A stretch of 64,000 nucleotides of DNA from Eledone cirrhosa (Eukaryota): NCBI GenBank assembly GCA_964016885.1, contig OZ024743.1, positions 225,060,001 to 225,124,000 of the forward strand, given 5' to 3'. The translations under genes and the position numbers were made by a program. Below the pieces are notes generated by a model. It had not been told where the DNA came from and did no database searches. It saw only the letters and a list, made by a program, of their open reading frames with translations. Shown one piece after another: positions 9,939-23,565 of this stretch. Within the stretch, counting starts at the first letter, position 1; every line of letters begins with the position of its first letter.

Positions 9939-12593
9939 CATCATCATCATCACCATCATCGTTTAACGTCCATATTCCACGCTTGCATGGGTTTGGACGG
10001 GGGTTTTCCCACTTGAGGCAACAGTGGTTGTCTTGCTCGCATAGGACTGTCTGCCGTGTTTTCTACAGCTGGATGCCCTTCCTAACACCAACCACATTTA
10101 CAGTGTGGGGCTGGGAGGTTTTTACCGTGTTGCCTACACGGCCACATTACAGCGTGGACTGTGTGTTTTTTTGTCGTGACACCTACACGATCTCATTTGT
10201 TTCGGCCTGGATGTTGTGGCACCAACATAACTTTACATTGAAAGGGGCGGTGTGGATGGGGTGGGGGTGGTGGGACAGGGGTGTATTTTGTTAGAGATGC
10301 CTACTGACTGTAGTAGGTTTCATTTTGTACTTAGGTAAGGCGGGTCTTCTCTATTACTGTGTAGCGCCAAAGCTCTCGGTCCAGTGACATTGCCTTGGAG
10401 AGGTGTAAGTGTGTGAGTTCGGAATTTATCAAGTCGTCCCAGGTTTTTCTGGGTCTGCCTACTCCGTGGCTACCGTCTATTTTTATTGCCCTGCACTTTT
10501 TTATACAGCTGTCGTCTTTCATGCGCATCACGTGACCATACCAACGTAGCCTTCTCTCGAGTAAACAACATCTGATCCCTCTTATTTCTAATTTCTCCCT
10601 TAGTTCGTTTATGCTTTGCCGTTCACGTATGTTACTATTACACATCCAGCGGAGCATGCAAGCTTCGTTTCTCTCCAGTCTGCTTATATCCTCTGCACAC
10701 AATGCCCAGGTCTCACTGCCATGTAACATTGCTGTTCGTATGCAGGCATCATACAGCCTGCCCTTCATTTTTAGAGAGAACCCTTAAGTGGCCAATAGTG
10801 GTATAAGCTCTCTGAACTTTTTCCATCCCGTTCTGACCCTAGCTACTGTACTTTCAGAGCACCCTCCCCCACTGCTGATTTTATCACCCAGGTAACGGAA
10901 GCTGTCCACTATTTCTATAGAACCCTCTGCGCAATTGAAAGAGCTAGTATTATGTGGGCACTTGCTGCTACTTATTGCACCAGAGCACGGGCCACATATA
11001 AAATCTATATTCTTAGATAGTTTACCTGTGATCGCACTACATCTTTTATGTACCCATACTTTGCATTTGGGACATAAAATGGAGTTTCTACCTACTCCTT
11101 TCCTACACACTGAGCATGGCCATTTCCCAGATGGGACCGGTGCCCTATTTTCCTTCCTACAAACTAGAACTTTAGTCTTAGACAAGTTAACTTTAAGGCC
11201 TTTTGATTCTAGGCCATGCTTCCATGTTTGGAATTTCTTCTCTAGTGCAGCCATTGATTCAGCTATGAGCGTTAGATCATCTGCATATAGGAGTTCCCAT
11301 GGCCAGCCGGTCTTGAACTCCTCTGTTATAGCGTGAAGGACAATAATAAATAGTAGGGCGCTAAGGACGGAGCCCTGATGAACACCAACTTTTACGCTAA
11401 ACTCTTCACTATATTCGTTGTTAATTCTAACCTTGCTGGCTGTTTCTTTATACATGGCTTGTATAGCTCTCACAAGCCATTCATCAACACCTAGTTTTCT
11501 CAGATAATCGAGCGGGGTACTCTGTCAAAGGCTTTCTCCAAGTCAACAAAAGCTAAGTATAAGGGTTTACTTTTAGCTAGGTACTTCTCCTGTAGTTGTC
11601 GTACAATGAAAAGAGCGTCTGTTGTACTTTTACCTGACACAAACCCGAACTGCATTTCGTCTAGATCAATTCGCTCTCTGATTAGTTGCACTATTACTTT
11701 TTCTGTGACCTTCATGACCTGGTCAATTAATTTAATGCCTCTATAGTTTCCCCTATCTAGGGCATCACCTTTACCCTTGTAGCAGTTAATGATGATGCTG
11801 CTACTCCAGTCCTTCGGAACGGCCCCATTCTGTATGACTTGGTTTACTATCCGGGTGACCATAGTGTGTCCCAACGTTCCAGATGCTTTCAGCATTTCGG
11901 CAACTATTTCCGAAAGCCCAGCCGCCTTGCCCGTCTTCATGTCTTTGATCGCCTTACTTATTATACTACCTTCAACTTGCACTGCTGGTCCCTCTATTGG
12001 GTTGATGTGGGGGAGACTGTCTTTCTCCCAATTATTCTCCTCATTTAGTAGCCTTTCGTAGTGACACTTCCAAGCTACCTTCTTATCAGCGTCAGTGATG
12101 GCAAGTACACCATCATCATTAAGGACACACTTCTCCCCGACAATATTACGGTTTTCCTTGACACATTGCCTAGCAATCCTGAACACCTCACGTTTTTAGT
12201 CCTCGCGTTGTAGAACATGCTTGAACTTTCTTTCCTCTGCTTCCCTTCTTGCGAAGTACACTTGTCTCCTAGCTTCCCTCCTGGCCACTTGATAGTCTTC
12301 TCTACTTCCCCCATCCCGCCATGCTTTCCAAGCCTGCTTTTTGGCCTTGATTGACCTCTCCACCTTACTGTTCCACCACCAAGTTACTCTCCTCCTGCCT
12401 ATAGGCCTGCTTCAGCCACAGGTTTCATCTGTCGCCTTCAGCAGGTTAGCTTCCAGGAATTCCCACTGTTCCTCTATATTGTATGACTCTAATTGCTCTT
12501 CCTTACTATCAAAAGCATCAAGTAATATGCTTTTAAATTTTTGACTGGCTGTGGCGTCCTTTAATTTCCATATTTTTCTCCTGAGGATAGTCC
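9937..12593 (-). mobile_element. RTE family A, ~2.65 kb, 5'-truncated and frameshifted
   Basis: ORFs 11500-12186, 10784-11473, 10331-10768 give RT motifs, PHD finger and C-terminus; (GAT)n tail. Confidence 0.95.
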
Positions 12594-12780
12594 TATATAT
12601 ATATTTATATATATATATTTATGCATATATATATGCATATACACACACATACATTATATATAAATATGACAGCTCAAGGAAATGACTAAACTAAATGATT
12701 TGCTCTCATTCATATATATATTCTATGCATATACACACACATGTTTATACTGTCATATATATTTACACACTCATATATAT

Positions 12781-13398
12781 AGTAAGTTTTGTAGTCAGTT
12801 ACATGCAGTTCAAGGCAGTGTTAGATAAGCAGGGAAAAAAGATGAAGTGAACATTGAAGTGAGGTTAGATATACTATACTGAAATAAGCTGAAAGAAAGT
12901 ATAACAAGATAAAACTTGTTCAAAATGGTATTCATTTTATAATATATTGTCCATTTAGGTAGAGAATCTGGGCAGATAGAGGTGTGGAAGGGGAAAGAGA
13001 ATTAAGATGATAAATTTGAGTGATATAAAGTGAAGTAAAATACCATGAGCTGGCATGTAGCTGCAAACTTAAAGCTATGTTGCTGGGTTAGTTTGTTGTG
13101 ACTACTTTCAGATCTACAATCCTTCTTTGGACGTGTATATTATTTCTATTCCTGACTTGGAAAATCTGTTACCAGTCAGAGTATTTGTAAATGTGTTTGA
13201 ATGACACCAAATCATTTCGATGGTTTAGTGTGGGTTCCCAATTCTTAATGAAATGTATATTTTATGTTTCTTTCAGCTTATTTAAGTACATTTTATCTCA
13301 CCTAATTTCTCCTTCATTTCATTTCATTTAATCTTCTTTACTTAGCTTACTTAACACTGACTTGAACTTCATGCAACTACAATGACTACAAAACCTAC
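12781..13398. mobile_element. Old MITE/fold-back with ~125-bp diverged inverted termini
   Basis: gttttgtagtca..aaataagctgaaagaaa (12781-12905) mirrors tttctttcagcttattt..tgactacaaaac (13262-13398). Confidence 0.55.
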
Positions 13399-14321
13399 CA
13401 TATATAAAAACATGTTGCTTTGAGACACACCAACGCATTATATATGGCATTAGGAAGGGCATCCAGTATGCATGGTCCCATAACTCCTGATAGAGTCGTA
13501 GCGGTGCCGTAATGACATATGGTGTTCCTAAAGCATTTTAAGCCCATTCCTATAATATATATTTTACATACATCTTGCACTACAGGACATTCTTTTCATC
13601 AGCTGTTTACTAGAAATCTCAAAGATGTTGGCCCCCTCTTGACAGTAACATTCCCTACTAGATATTATGAACCACTGAGTTGTATAAGGTTTCCTTCCAT
13701 TATCTATGACACCATCACAAAACTCCGGTCACTTCTAATCATTCAGGAATTATTATGTTTACTCTTTGCTGAGGGTTTTCTCTCCTTCTTTCAAATACTT
13801 CTGCTATATCCCATAACAAAGCATTTTCTACTTCACACTCCAGTTCTTGAACCACCATTCTCCTCTTCCTTCTATCAGCCAAGTAGAACATTGTGGATTT
13901 TAGCTGCAAATCTACAACACCCTACCTCCACAGGAAGTAACACACACCACCACATGGCTCACAAAATTACCCCACCCCCAAACCTGGTTAGTTTCCCTCA
14001 TGTCCACCCCTGAAAGCAAACCTTTTACTTCTGTCACTTCCTAGCTCTTAACATCCTGTAATGATCAAGTAGAAAATATCTTAAAATGGATTTAACTCAA
14101 ATGTTTGTAGCATTTTTACTAGAGGACAGTTCATTATGAATATATATAATATTAGTGCAAAGACTTAAATTTATAATATAAGGCAGTAACCATGCTGTTT
14201 TGAACTTTTTAAAAATGTTTTGCTAATGTGGTTTTAGTGGTACAGGATGTTAAGAGCTAAACTGTCATTATGCTACTGTTCCAATTATTAGATAGTTATA
14301 TGAAAAGTAACATTATCTTAC

Positions 14322-14381
14322 TTGATTTTCAATCAGTTGTAATTTCCCTTTCTGTTCCTCTCCTAGGTAATCACAAACTGC
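14322..14381 (-). CDS. Putative 60-nt host exon, first part of an SH3-like domain (AVCDYLGEEQKGKLQLIENQ)
   Basis: Acceptor ttttcttttctcttcacag, donor gtaaga, phase 0-0, open frame, AxxDY..L SH3-like pattern. Confidence 0.6.
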
Positions 14382-14917
14382 CTGTGAAGAGAAAAGAAAA
14401 TAGAAATAGTATTTCATAAGGTTTCATTTATATTTTGTAACAGTAGATATTCTGTACATATGGCTGAAAACATGTGTATATACCTACATTCACACACACA
14501 CAAATATACATATGTACACATAAATACATACATATGTACACATATATGCACATATAAAATATATATATATATATATATACGCACACACACACTCACATAC
14601 TCTATATATTTATATTTGCTTAAGGATTGTGTTGTGTGTATGTGAATGATGGTTGTCAATGACATGAAAATAAATATGCATATGGTGCATAGTGATGCTG
14701 TATGTATGTGTGTGGATTAGAATGTATACATGTAATTATATAGTTGAATCTATGTGCAAGAGGAGATGCATACATAAGTAAATATGTAAATACAAATGGA
14801 GGATAATAATGATTATATATATATATATCATCATCACCGTTTTACGTCCGTTCTTCCACGCTAGCATGGGTTAGACGGGTTGTCCTGTTGTGGGCAGTGT
14901 CCGGTCGGCTGATCTTG

Positions 14918-14944
<27 letters not shown>

Positions 14945-14948
<4 letters not shown>

Positions 14949-15210
14949 ATTGTTTCTACTTTTTGGCACAAGGCCAGCAATTGCCCAGTGCATTACTAGT
15001 ACTTTATTTTATCGACCCCGTAAGGATGAAAGCAAAGTTAACCTCGGCGGGGATTTGAACTCAGTCTGTAAAGGGACGTAACTGTGCTGCAAAGCATGGC
15101 GTCCGACCCTCTACCGATACTGCCAATCCACCATAATAATTGTTTCTACTTTTGGCACAAGGCCAGCAATTATCCCAGTGTATTACTGGTACTTTATTTT
15201 ATCAACCACC
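14945..15210 (-). mobile_element. SINE family A, full copy plus adjacent partial copy
   Basis: Reverse complement of family A consensus. Confidence 0.85.
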
Positions 15211-15366
15211 ATAATAATGAGAGAGAGAGAGTCTGTGGTGCTGAGACTGAGTAAACCACTAATCATGTGAGTACTCAATACATGGGGCGATGTAGAGTCG
15301 ATATAGAGATATGAACACACAAGCTGAAACCACTTAGTGCTGCGGTCGGGATTTCACATATATATA

Positions 15367-16254
15367 CAGGGTGCAGACAATATTTGTTCGCAATTTTCAA
15401 CTGCTAATTTTATGCAAATTTTTTTTACTTTCGTTGTCACTCTTGTCTTCATAAAAACAGTGACTATATTTCCATTATTTATTTTCAGAGTAATTGATTA
15501 TGAATAATTTTGAACCTCCAAATTTGTGGAAGACACACAGAGTTCTTCTTGGAATCCGCGCCGGGAGGCCAAATTAGACCAGAAGATCAACTCCCAGAAC
15601 AACAGGTGGCTCACTGTCTCTTTCAAAGACGTGCCCAGAGTCATGCAGACAAAGTTTCCAGCGACAGCATTGGTCTTAGGTGTCGTCAGCAGTCAAGGTG
15701 ACGTCATGCCACCTCACTTCTTCCCTGAGGGCCTCAAGCTGAACACTGATGGCTACATCCGCATTCTGAGCAAGGTAGTAAAGCCCTGGATCAACCAGGT
15801 AGCTGCAGGTAGGCCGTACGTGTGGCAGCAAGACTCAGCGCCCTGCCATACCAGCCGAAAGACCCAAGCCTGGCTGTCAGAGAACTTCGTCGACCACACT
15901 TCACCTGACATCTGGCCTCCAAGCTCGTCTGACTGCAACCCCCTCGACTTCTTTGTGTGGGGCGCAGTGGAACAAGACACCAACAGATCTAGCTGCAATA
16001 CGAAAGACGATCTGAAGGCCAGGATCACAAGTGCCTTTAGGGGCCCAAGTCGGGGGACAGTGACGAAGGCCTGTAGCCGGTTCCGAGGCCACCTTGAGCC
16101 ATCAAAGCCAATGGCGGGTTTATCAAGTGAGATCGAAATAACAAGTCATGAAGACAAACTGACCCAAGTTTGATAAATAAATCTTAAAAAATAAAACTAC
16201 TGTGTTATATTTTCCTAGACAGTAATCTTGCGAACAAATATCGTCCGCACCCTG
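15367..16254 (+). mobile_element. Tc1/mariner superfamily DD37D (maT-type) element, internally deleted
   Basis: 27-bp TIR cagggtgc(a/g)gac(a/g)atatttgttcgcaa, TA flanks; WQQDSAPCH..PPSSSDCNPLD with 37 residues between second and third D; N-terminus missing. Confidence 0.9.
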
Positions 16255-16366
16255 TATATGTGCAAACAGGGAAAATGGATGTTAAGTATATACATATATT
16301 GTTATACTATAGGAGAGGCATGCTGCCAATATAAAGACATGCACTATTTGAGTTTCACTACCCTTT

Positions 16367-16557
16367 GCGGTGGATTGGCAGTATCAGTAGAGGGTTGGAC
16401 GCCATGCTTTGACTCATAGAGTTACGGCCCTTGCCATTCTGATTTCAAATCCCGCCGAGGTTATCTTTGCCTTTCATCCTTACGGGGGTCGATAAAATAA
16501 AGTACCAGTAATGCACTGGGTAATTGCAGGCCTTGTGCCAAAAGTAGAAAGAATTAT
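16367..16557 (+). mobile_element. SINE family A
   Basis: Consensus match. Confidence 0.87.
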
Positions 16558-16838
16558 TAGTTAAGTAACTAATTTAGTCACCAGTTAGTTTAGTAACAAG
16601 GTAGTTGTTTAATCGTTAATAGTTAAAGCTCTTTCATCACACATGATGTAACCTTCTCAAATGACTGTTCTTGTTCCTTTGTTTTTCCTCTTTGTTTTGA
16701 ACTTGTTTTATTTACTCCAACTTGACTTTTTAGGTATTTTACCTAATTCTCTAAGGTAATCAACAGTAATTAGTTATTTTCTGCATTTGGGATTCCCATA
16801 TATTCTAGAAAATTCAAAACTACTCGATTTTTTTATTG

Positions 16839-16874
<36 letters not shown>

Positions 16875-17099
16875 TAAGGAGTTATAGTAATGAACCAGAT
16901 TTCCTATATATATATATATATATATATATATTGAATATCTAGCAATATACAGTATGTTTATGAATAAACATTTTGAAAGCTTCCAGCTATGAATTTGGGA
17001 ACTGATGATGTAGAGCCACCTAGCATATTCTAGCAGAAACTAAGGGAGGGTAGCTGATGACTAACGTCATTATCAAGTCAGTGCTCCCTTACCCTGCTC

Positions 17100-17356
17100 T
17101 CATGTAGGTGACATGACAAAAAGTGCCCAATCCATCCTATAAAGTGTGTGTATGTGTGTAGGTGTCATGACAAACAGTACCCAGCACACACTCTATAAAT
17201 GTGGTTGGTGTTAGGAAGAGCATCCAGCCATTGAAACCAAGCCAAAATCAGTTCTGTTTGAGCAAGACATGGTCATCTGCCCTGGCTTGTCTCACAATGG
17301 GGCAACTCGTCTAACCCATACTAGTGTAAAAATGAACATTAAACGGTAATGATGAT
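17100..17356 (+). mobile_element. Non-coding RTE 3'-tail element
   Basis: Similar to 8035-8288. Confidence 0.7.
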
Positions 17357-18277
17357 ATATATATATATGCGGGTGCATATATAAGTAAATAAATATGTTA
17401 TGTGAGAAAGAGTAAAAATATCTGTGTAAATATGGGTGAATATTTGTGAACGAGGTCTGTGTGTAATATGTAATTCAATATGTGCTTATGAAGGATTAAA
17501 AGAGGTTATGTGTAGGTAAATTATAAACATTTACTTACATACTGGTGAATATATTTGCATGACAACATGTTTGAATAAGACTATTTATGTATGTTTAAGA
17601 TTTAAGACTGTAGCACTCATGTATGCATAATATTGTTCTTGTATATACATGCATGTCTAATAGTTTGTATGATTGAAATGTTGTTTGCATGTTAGTGTGA
17701 ATATGAGGGGATAAGTTTGTATGAATGAAAGAGGGAGAGAATCTATGTATGTATTGTCTTGCAATTTTATCCTACCTAGATCTATAGAGGGGAAATTATC
17801 TCTTTGATTGTCAATTATTCATCTAGGCATTTCCTGTCTCTCCCCCAGCTGGTAGCATGGTGAGGTCATATTACAGTGTTGCTGGTAAATAGAATGAAAG
17901 GTCACTGTTACATCTGTCAATATAGCACAGTTTCAACACAGCACAGATCATATAGTGTTGACGCTTTTGTCTGTAATGTCACCACAGAGGTCATTCGATG
18001 AAGTGAAACAGCTGAAGCTAGTTGAATTTGTCAAGAAATATTGAGGTTAATGCAAACATCTCGTTATTTTTACTGATATTATTGATTGTATGTAGCAATC
18101 TTCAGATTTATGAAAAGAAGGAACTGGAGTATTGAGACAACAGACACTTGTTAGAGGTGAAATAAAATGACTTGAAACAGAAATTAAATCAAGATGTAGA
18201 CTCAACTGAAATTTTTTGATACCAAACCTACCATTGTTAGTAACATTAAAATAATATATTTTAAAACTTGTAAATAA

Positions 18278-18635
18278 ATGGGGTTCCTCCAAAGGGTTTT
18301 TGGAGTAATGTTAATCGATAGAGTGCATAACTCGGAGATCAAAGAGTCACTCCAGGTAGAGCTGCTATTTCTCCGAATTGAGATGGGCATGTGGTTAGAA
18401 TGTCTCAAGAAAGAATCGCTAGATAGATTTTATGACCCAAATGATCCAGCAGGAGATCTAGGGGTAGACTCCAAGCAAGATGGTTGGATAATATCTATGA
18501 GCTTGGCTGGTCTCACTTGGAGATCCAGCCGGATCAGTTGAAGATGGTTGCTTCTGACAGGACCCACTGGAAGGAGTGTTTGAGGACACAGCCCCCACAA
18601 CCCACTCAAGAATAAGTGGGCAAAGAAGAAGAAGG
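18278..18635 (+). mobile_element. Decayed 3' end of another RTE-type LINE
   Basis: MGFLQRVFGVMLIDRVHNSEIKESLQVE..; related pieces at 34275-34420 (+) and 38830-39110 (-). Confidence 0.65.
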
Positions 18636-19974
18636 AGTAAATAAAGTAAAAAATTACTTGGCATAAAGTACTCCTTTTACAGGCCATCATGAAAAAGGAT
18701 GATTTTATTTTAACTATAATCCTTCTCAATGGCCTCACTATCCTGATTAGCTCATTCTCAATAATGAACCACTTCGTTCTATTCCTAATGACTTTTTATT
18801 TTATTTTTTGTAAATAGTGTATCGTACTTTTTATCTTTATGCACCCTTTCTTATATTTCAAGTTTCTACACAACTAGTGAAATAAATGAGAGAAGAAAAA
18901 CCCACCTCTGGTTCTATGACGAAAAGCCCTTTGTTTTAAAGTGTTCCTATTTAAATCTAAATTTTCCATTATAAATTTCTGTAAGAACCTTTTTTTATAG
19001 TTATGTTCATCAATTTAATTATGAGAAAGCTAGTTATTTTAATAAATCCCTCCAATTTTTGATTATTAAAAAAATTAATTGAAAAGAAGATATATTGCAT
19101 TAGAAATATCACAAAAAATTTAATAGCCCTTTTCTTTTTGTTTCTTGGAATTTATCTATTTTAATTAAAGTAGCATTAGAAGGAATATCTACAGTTAAGT
19201 TCAACCAATACCAATATGGAAAGAAGACATAAAATAATGATAATGAAGTTATTGAAAAGGGTAAAAAAAAAAGACAGACCGATGCAACCATTTTAGATAT
19301 ATCCAGATCATAAGGCATGAGGACTAAGTAGCTAAAAATATCTGATATTTGCATCGCAAAAGTAGGTGGTGAACTGGTAGAATCGTTAGAGAACTGAACA
19401 AAATACTAGCAGTATTTATTCTAGCTCTCTATGTTTTCAGTTCAAATCCCACTAAGATCAACTTTGCCTGTCAGTTTCGGTCAAGTTGCTTTTCTGTGTT
19501 TGTTCCAACACTTTGCATTCTGAGTTGAAACCCTGCTGTAGCATTTTTGGGTGGTAATCTTAATTTTCTACCTTGTTTAACACCACTACCTGGATCTTCG
19601 GTGTTTTTAGTGAAGTCCTTCCCTCCCTCCCCCCGCTCTCTCTCTTACCAGCCTTGGAGGCCTCACAAAAGGTCATAGTTACTGATCTTTCCTCCTTGAC
19701 AGTATATATTTTAAAAAATACCATCTGAAGCAAAATATTTAACTCTAATTGTTTTGACCAACCTAACTGAACACTGATATCAGCATTACATCATATGTGA
19801 ATGATATTCCCATAAAGGTTAGACACATGTACTAACATATCTTCATGATTCAATAATTTCTGTTAAAAAAATAGCCAGTTATAAATGCAGTTATAACAGT
19901 ACAGATGGATTTCCTTCTGTCTCCATTAGCTTAGAAAATTGGGTAAAATACTTCTATAGATGGAAATAAAGTGG

Positions 19975-20053
19975 CCGCCAGTCACTATGGAGAATCAAAC
20001 TCCATATCCCTCAAATCCGGTTGAGTGCTCTAAACCATTGAGCTAAATGGCTG
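19975..20053 (-). mobile_element. tRNA-like segment (SINE head or tRNA relic)
   Basis: tagctcaatggtttagagc..gagtttgattctcc A/B-box-like motifs. Confidence 0.45.
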
Positions 20054-20225
20054 ATGCATACAATCCCATGTCCTTTCTTACTTGTATTGAAGTCAATGAT
20101 GATGTATATGGGTGAATAGTCCAATACTGCACTTACAGACTTAACCACAGATGTTGCGCTTGTGAATTGGATGATCACTGTTGCTAAGCACATGCCTGTC
20201 TCTGCTTGCTATTAAGTGGTCAGAG

Positions 20226-20530
20226 CAGGGACATATTTAATGGGGGTCAAAAGGGACAATTGCTCTGGGTCCCCTGCAGTGAGGGGGGGGGGGGCACCAC
20301 TAACAGCCGTAGAAATTTATTTGTGCCCTCAACTAGGCTTTTTAGTTTTAGGATAGTTAGAATTTTTGAATTTAATACCTGTATGTATAACTTTTCAATT
20401 CCAATTACTTGCACCAAGCTAACTTTGATATGTAGAATTGAGGGGCTCGCTGTGTATTTTAATTTTTTGTGTATGAGGGGCCCCCCAAACCTGAAGTGCT
20501 TCAGCACCACCAAGGTCTAATCCAACCCTG
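20226..20530. mobile_element. hAT-type MITE
   Basis: caggg..ccctg ends; 8-bp TSD ggtcagag/ggttagag. Confidence 0.7.
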
Positions 20531-21371
20531 GGTTAGAGAAAAGCTTAGTCAGCTGAAAGAGACACTGAGTGCTAAGAGAGCACCTGCTTTGCTGATACAA
20601 GGACATACACTCACACACTGACTATAAAACACTGCATGATGAGTATGAAGCCTGTCATGGGGCCCAGAAGGCTAACTCAGGCCCTAGCAGAGAAGATGGC
20701 CATAAAATGATTGTTGTATATATATACATAATTGCTGTCATCTTTGTTATTTTTATCTCTGAATTTCCATATTGCTATAACAATATGACAATATTTAGTG
20801 TGGGGGTGTGGGGAAATATTCTATGGTCAGATGCCCTTTCTGATGCCAACACATACTTTTTTCATAAGCATGGGACTTATTCTTCTGATCTTTATGTGTC
20901 AAACTGCTTAAACTGTGGGTCATATTGTTTGTGTGGAACATAAACAAATGGCACTGCCTGTTTTTAAAACAATGTCAATGTGAAGACATGTGGAGACATA
21001 CACAGACATAAATACATATATATATAGGATGGCCATTTGTAAATATAGTAAAAGAGCTGTGTAAATATGAATGACATACTGCTGTCAATGAAATGGAATG
21101 TTAATCTTTCCCTTCTAGTGATTATATTTGTATAATATAAAACTGAAAATAGCTTTATAGAATGAATGTTATCTGTTTAATGGCACACTACCATGTTTAG
21201 AATAGAAAATATGAATAAATAAAGAACAATTGTTATCTTTTCTAAAATAAAAATTGAACTTTATATTCTAAATAAAAAACACTACTGTTGTTAACTGAGT
21301 ACAGTGAGGTTCCTGAAACATTTTACAATCAGACTATATGTTGTTGTCTAAGAGTTTGAATTATTGTGGTA

Positions 21372-21637
21372 ATAATGATTTCTGATTTAGGCACAAGACC
21401 AGCAATTTTGGGGGAGGGGAATGTCAATTAAATCGACCCTCGTGTGTTACTGGTGCTTTATTTGGCATGTAGTTTTGCCCCTTTACGTTCAGAGTTCAAA
21501 TATCGCTGAGGTTAGCTTTGCCTTTCATTCTTAAGGGGTTGATAAAATAAAGTACCAGTAATACACTAGGGTTGATTTAATTGACTTTCCCTTCCCCCTC
21601 AAAATTGTTGGCCTTGTGCCTAAATCAGAAACTATTA
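21372..21637. mobile_element. Two SINE family A pieces in opposite orientation
   Basis: Minus-strand tail 21372-21460 abuts plus-strand copy 21465-21637. Confidence 0.7.
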
Positions 21638-22817
21638 TATAAAGTGTCTTGTTCAAGGACACTATGCACCACTGGTAACTGAACCCACTAAGCTTCACAC
21701 CAACAAGGCTAATTTGATGAGATAAAGTATCAAAGCAGCCTAGAATTAAAACATTGAACTAAATCAGATAAATACTCTTGAAAGTCAGAATCTTCTGAAT
21801 TAAGAGAATCTTCTACTCACTGTAGGATCTCAATTTAATCTAATGGAACTTAATGTATCTTGCTTTATCTATCCACTTCTGTCAGTTTTGCTCATATCTG
21901 TAATTTACTACATCATAGTTACTGCTAAAAGATCTATGATTAAGATAGGCAGCATCCTCTGAATAATTGAGTAATTTTTTTCATTATGAGAGACAAAATA
22001 TCTACTGATAAAAACCAACATGATGTTCAGTACAATCCAGCTTTATTAATTCCCCTTTTCTTACTTTATGCACCACCATCATCACCACCATCATTATTAT
22101 GAGTAACAGCAACAGCATTTCATGTCTGTTTTTTCCATGTTGGCAAAGGCTAGATGGATTATCACAGACCAAGTCAGCAATTTATTGGAGCTACTGTCCT
22201 CCCATACATACCAGGAGGCCACATATCACTTACATACCTTCTGGTTTTGGTATGTTTTCTCTAGCTAGATGCCAACTACTTTACAGAGTGTACTGGATGT
22301 ATTTTATTGTAACACCAGCACTATGCCAATGAACCATATAAATTTCAACTTAGATGAAGAATCATGGAATTATTCAAGTTTGATAACACTAAGATAGGGA
22401 ATGAAAAATACTCTGCAATGATTACCTATGATCATTTTGGCATCAGCTGGTGCAGTTTCCCATAACAAACAATTATAGTGAAATTGCATGAAAGCTTGGA
22501 ATTATTTACAAAATTAACCATATATCTAAAAAAATCAGAATATGTATTGCAGTTATAAGTTGTTAATGTAATGTATTTTTTGTATTTTTCTAGTGAAGGT
22601 TATCAATTATTTTCCTTGATATATTTCCTAAGTATATATCATCAAAAGAAAGCCCACCGAGTTAAATTATTAATTTCTTTCTAACTTTAATAATAACCTA
22701 CACTTTAAATCCCTGTCTAGATCTAAGCATACATTTGTTATTTACTCCATGCTTCTAATGATATACACAGTATTCCAATTAATGAAAAAATTGGAAGGAT
22801 TTACTAATCATTCAATA

Positions 22818-23014
22818 AAGCATCGGACACCCTGCTTTGTGGCATAGAGTTATGGCTCTTTACGTCTTTAGTTCAAATCCTGCCAATGTTAGCTTCGCCT
22901 TTCATCCTTATGGGATCGATGAAATAAAGTAGCAGTAATGAGCTGGGGTTGATTTAATTGACTTTCCCCTCCCCAAAAATTGCTGGCCTTGTGCCTAAAT
23001 CTGAAACCATTATT
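22818..23014 (+). mobile_element. SINE family A
   Basis: Consensus match. Confidence 0.85.
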
Positions 23015-23565
23015 AAGATGGTATTTGTAACTCAACAAAAGGGTTTTATATAAAATTATATTGGAAGGTTTTATAGATTTATAGGAACCCTTTTAAATGG
23101 GTGGTTTTGTCTTATACCCATACCTAGTTTGGGCTGCATTGATATCAAAAGGGTTAAAGAGGTATTAAAACAGACATACTGAGAGAAAGAGAGTGTGTGT
23201 GTGAGTATGTGTAAGTTTGAGAGAGAGGGGGGGTTGGTGCATCATTAACTTTCTTTAACTAGTTTTAGTTATTCAACTGGAACAATGCTAGGGCACCATC
23301 TTAAATAATTTTCAGTTGATTATATCAAACTCATTTCTCTTTTTTTAGCTGTAGAAATCATGCCGAAAAATAGAACACATGAGTAAAATTTGCTTCCCCC
23401 TGATTTTTCTGGTCATGGTCCACAAAAACCTGTCCAACCCAAAGAAAGCAGATGTAAAATTATGATAATGATGATGATATATGTTAGTATTTCTTAGTGC
23501 AAGAGTAAGAGTGACCAGTTTTAAATAAGTACTTAATATATATTAATTGATTTAATCTGCAGCGA

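Noticed and set aside
16996-17095. CTGATGA..GAAAC with taagggag/ctccctta hairpin
   Set aside because: No GUH triplet or stem I closure in register
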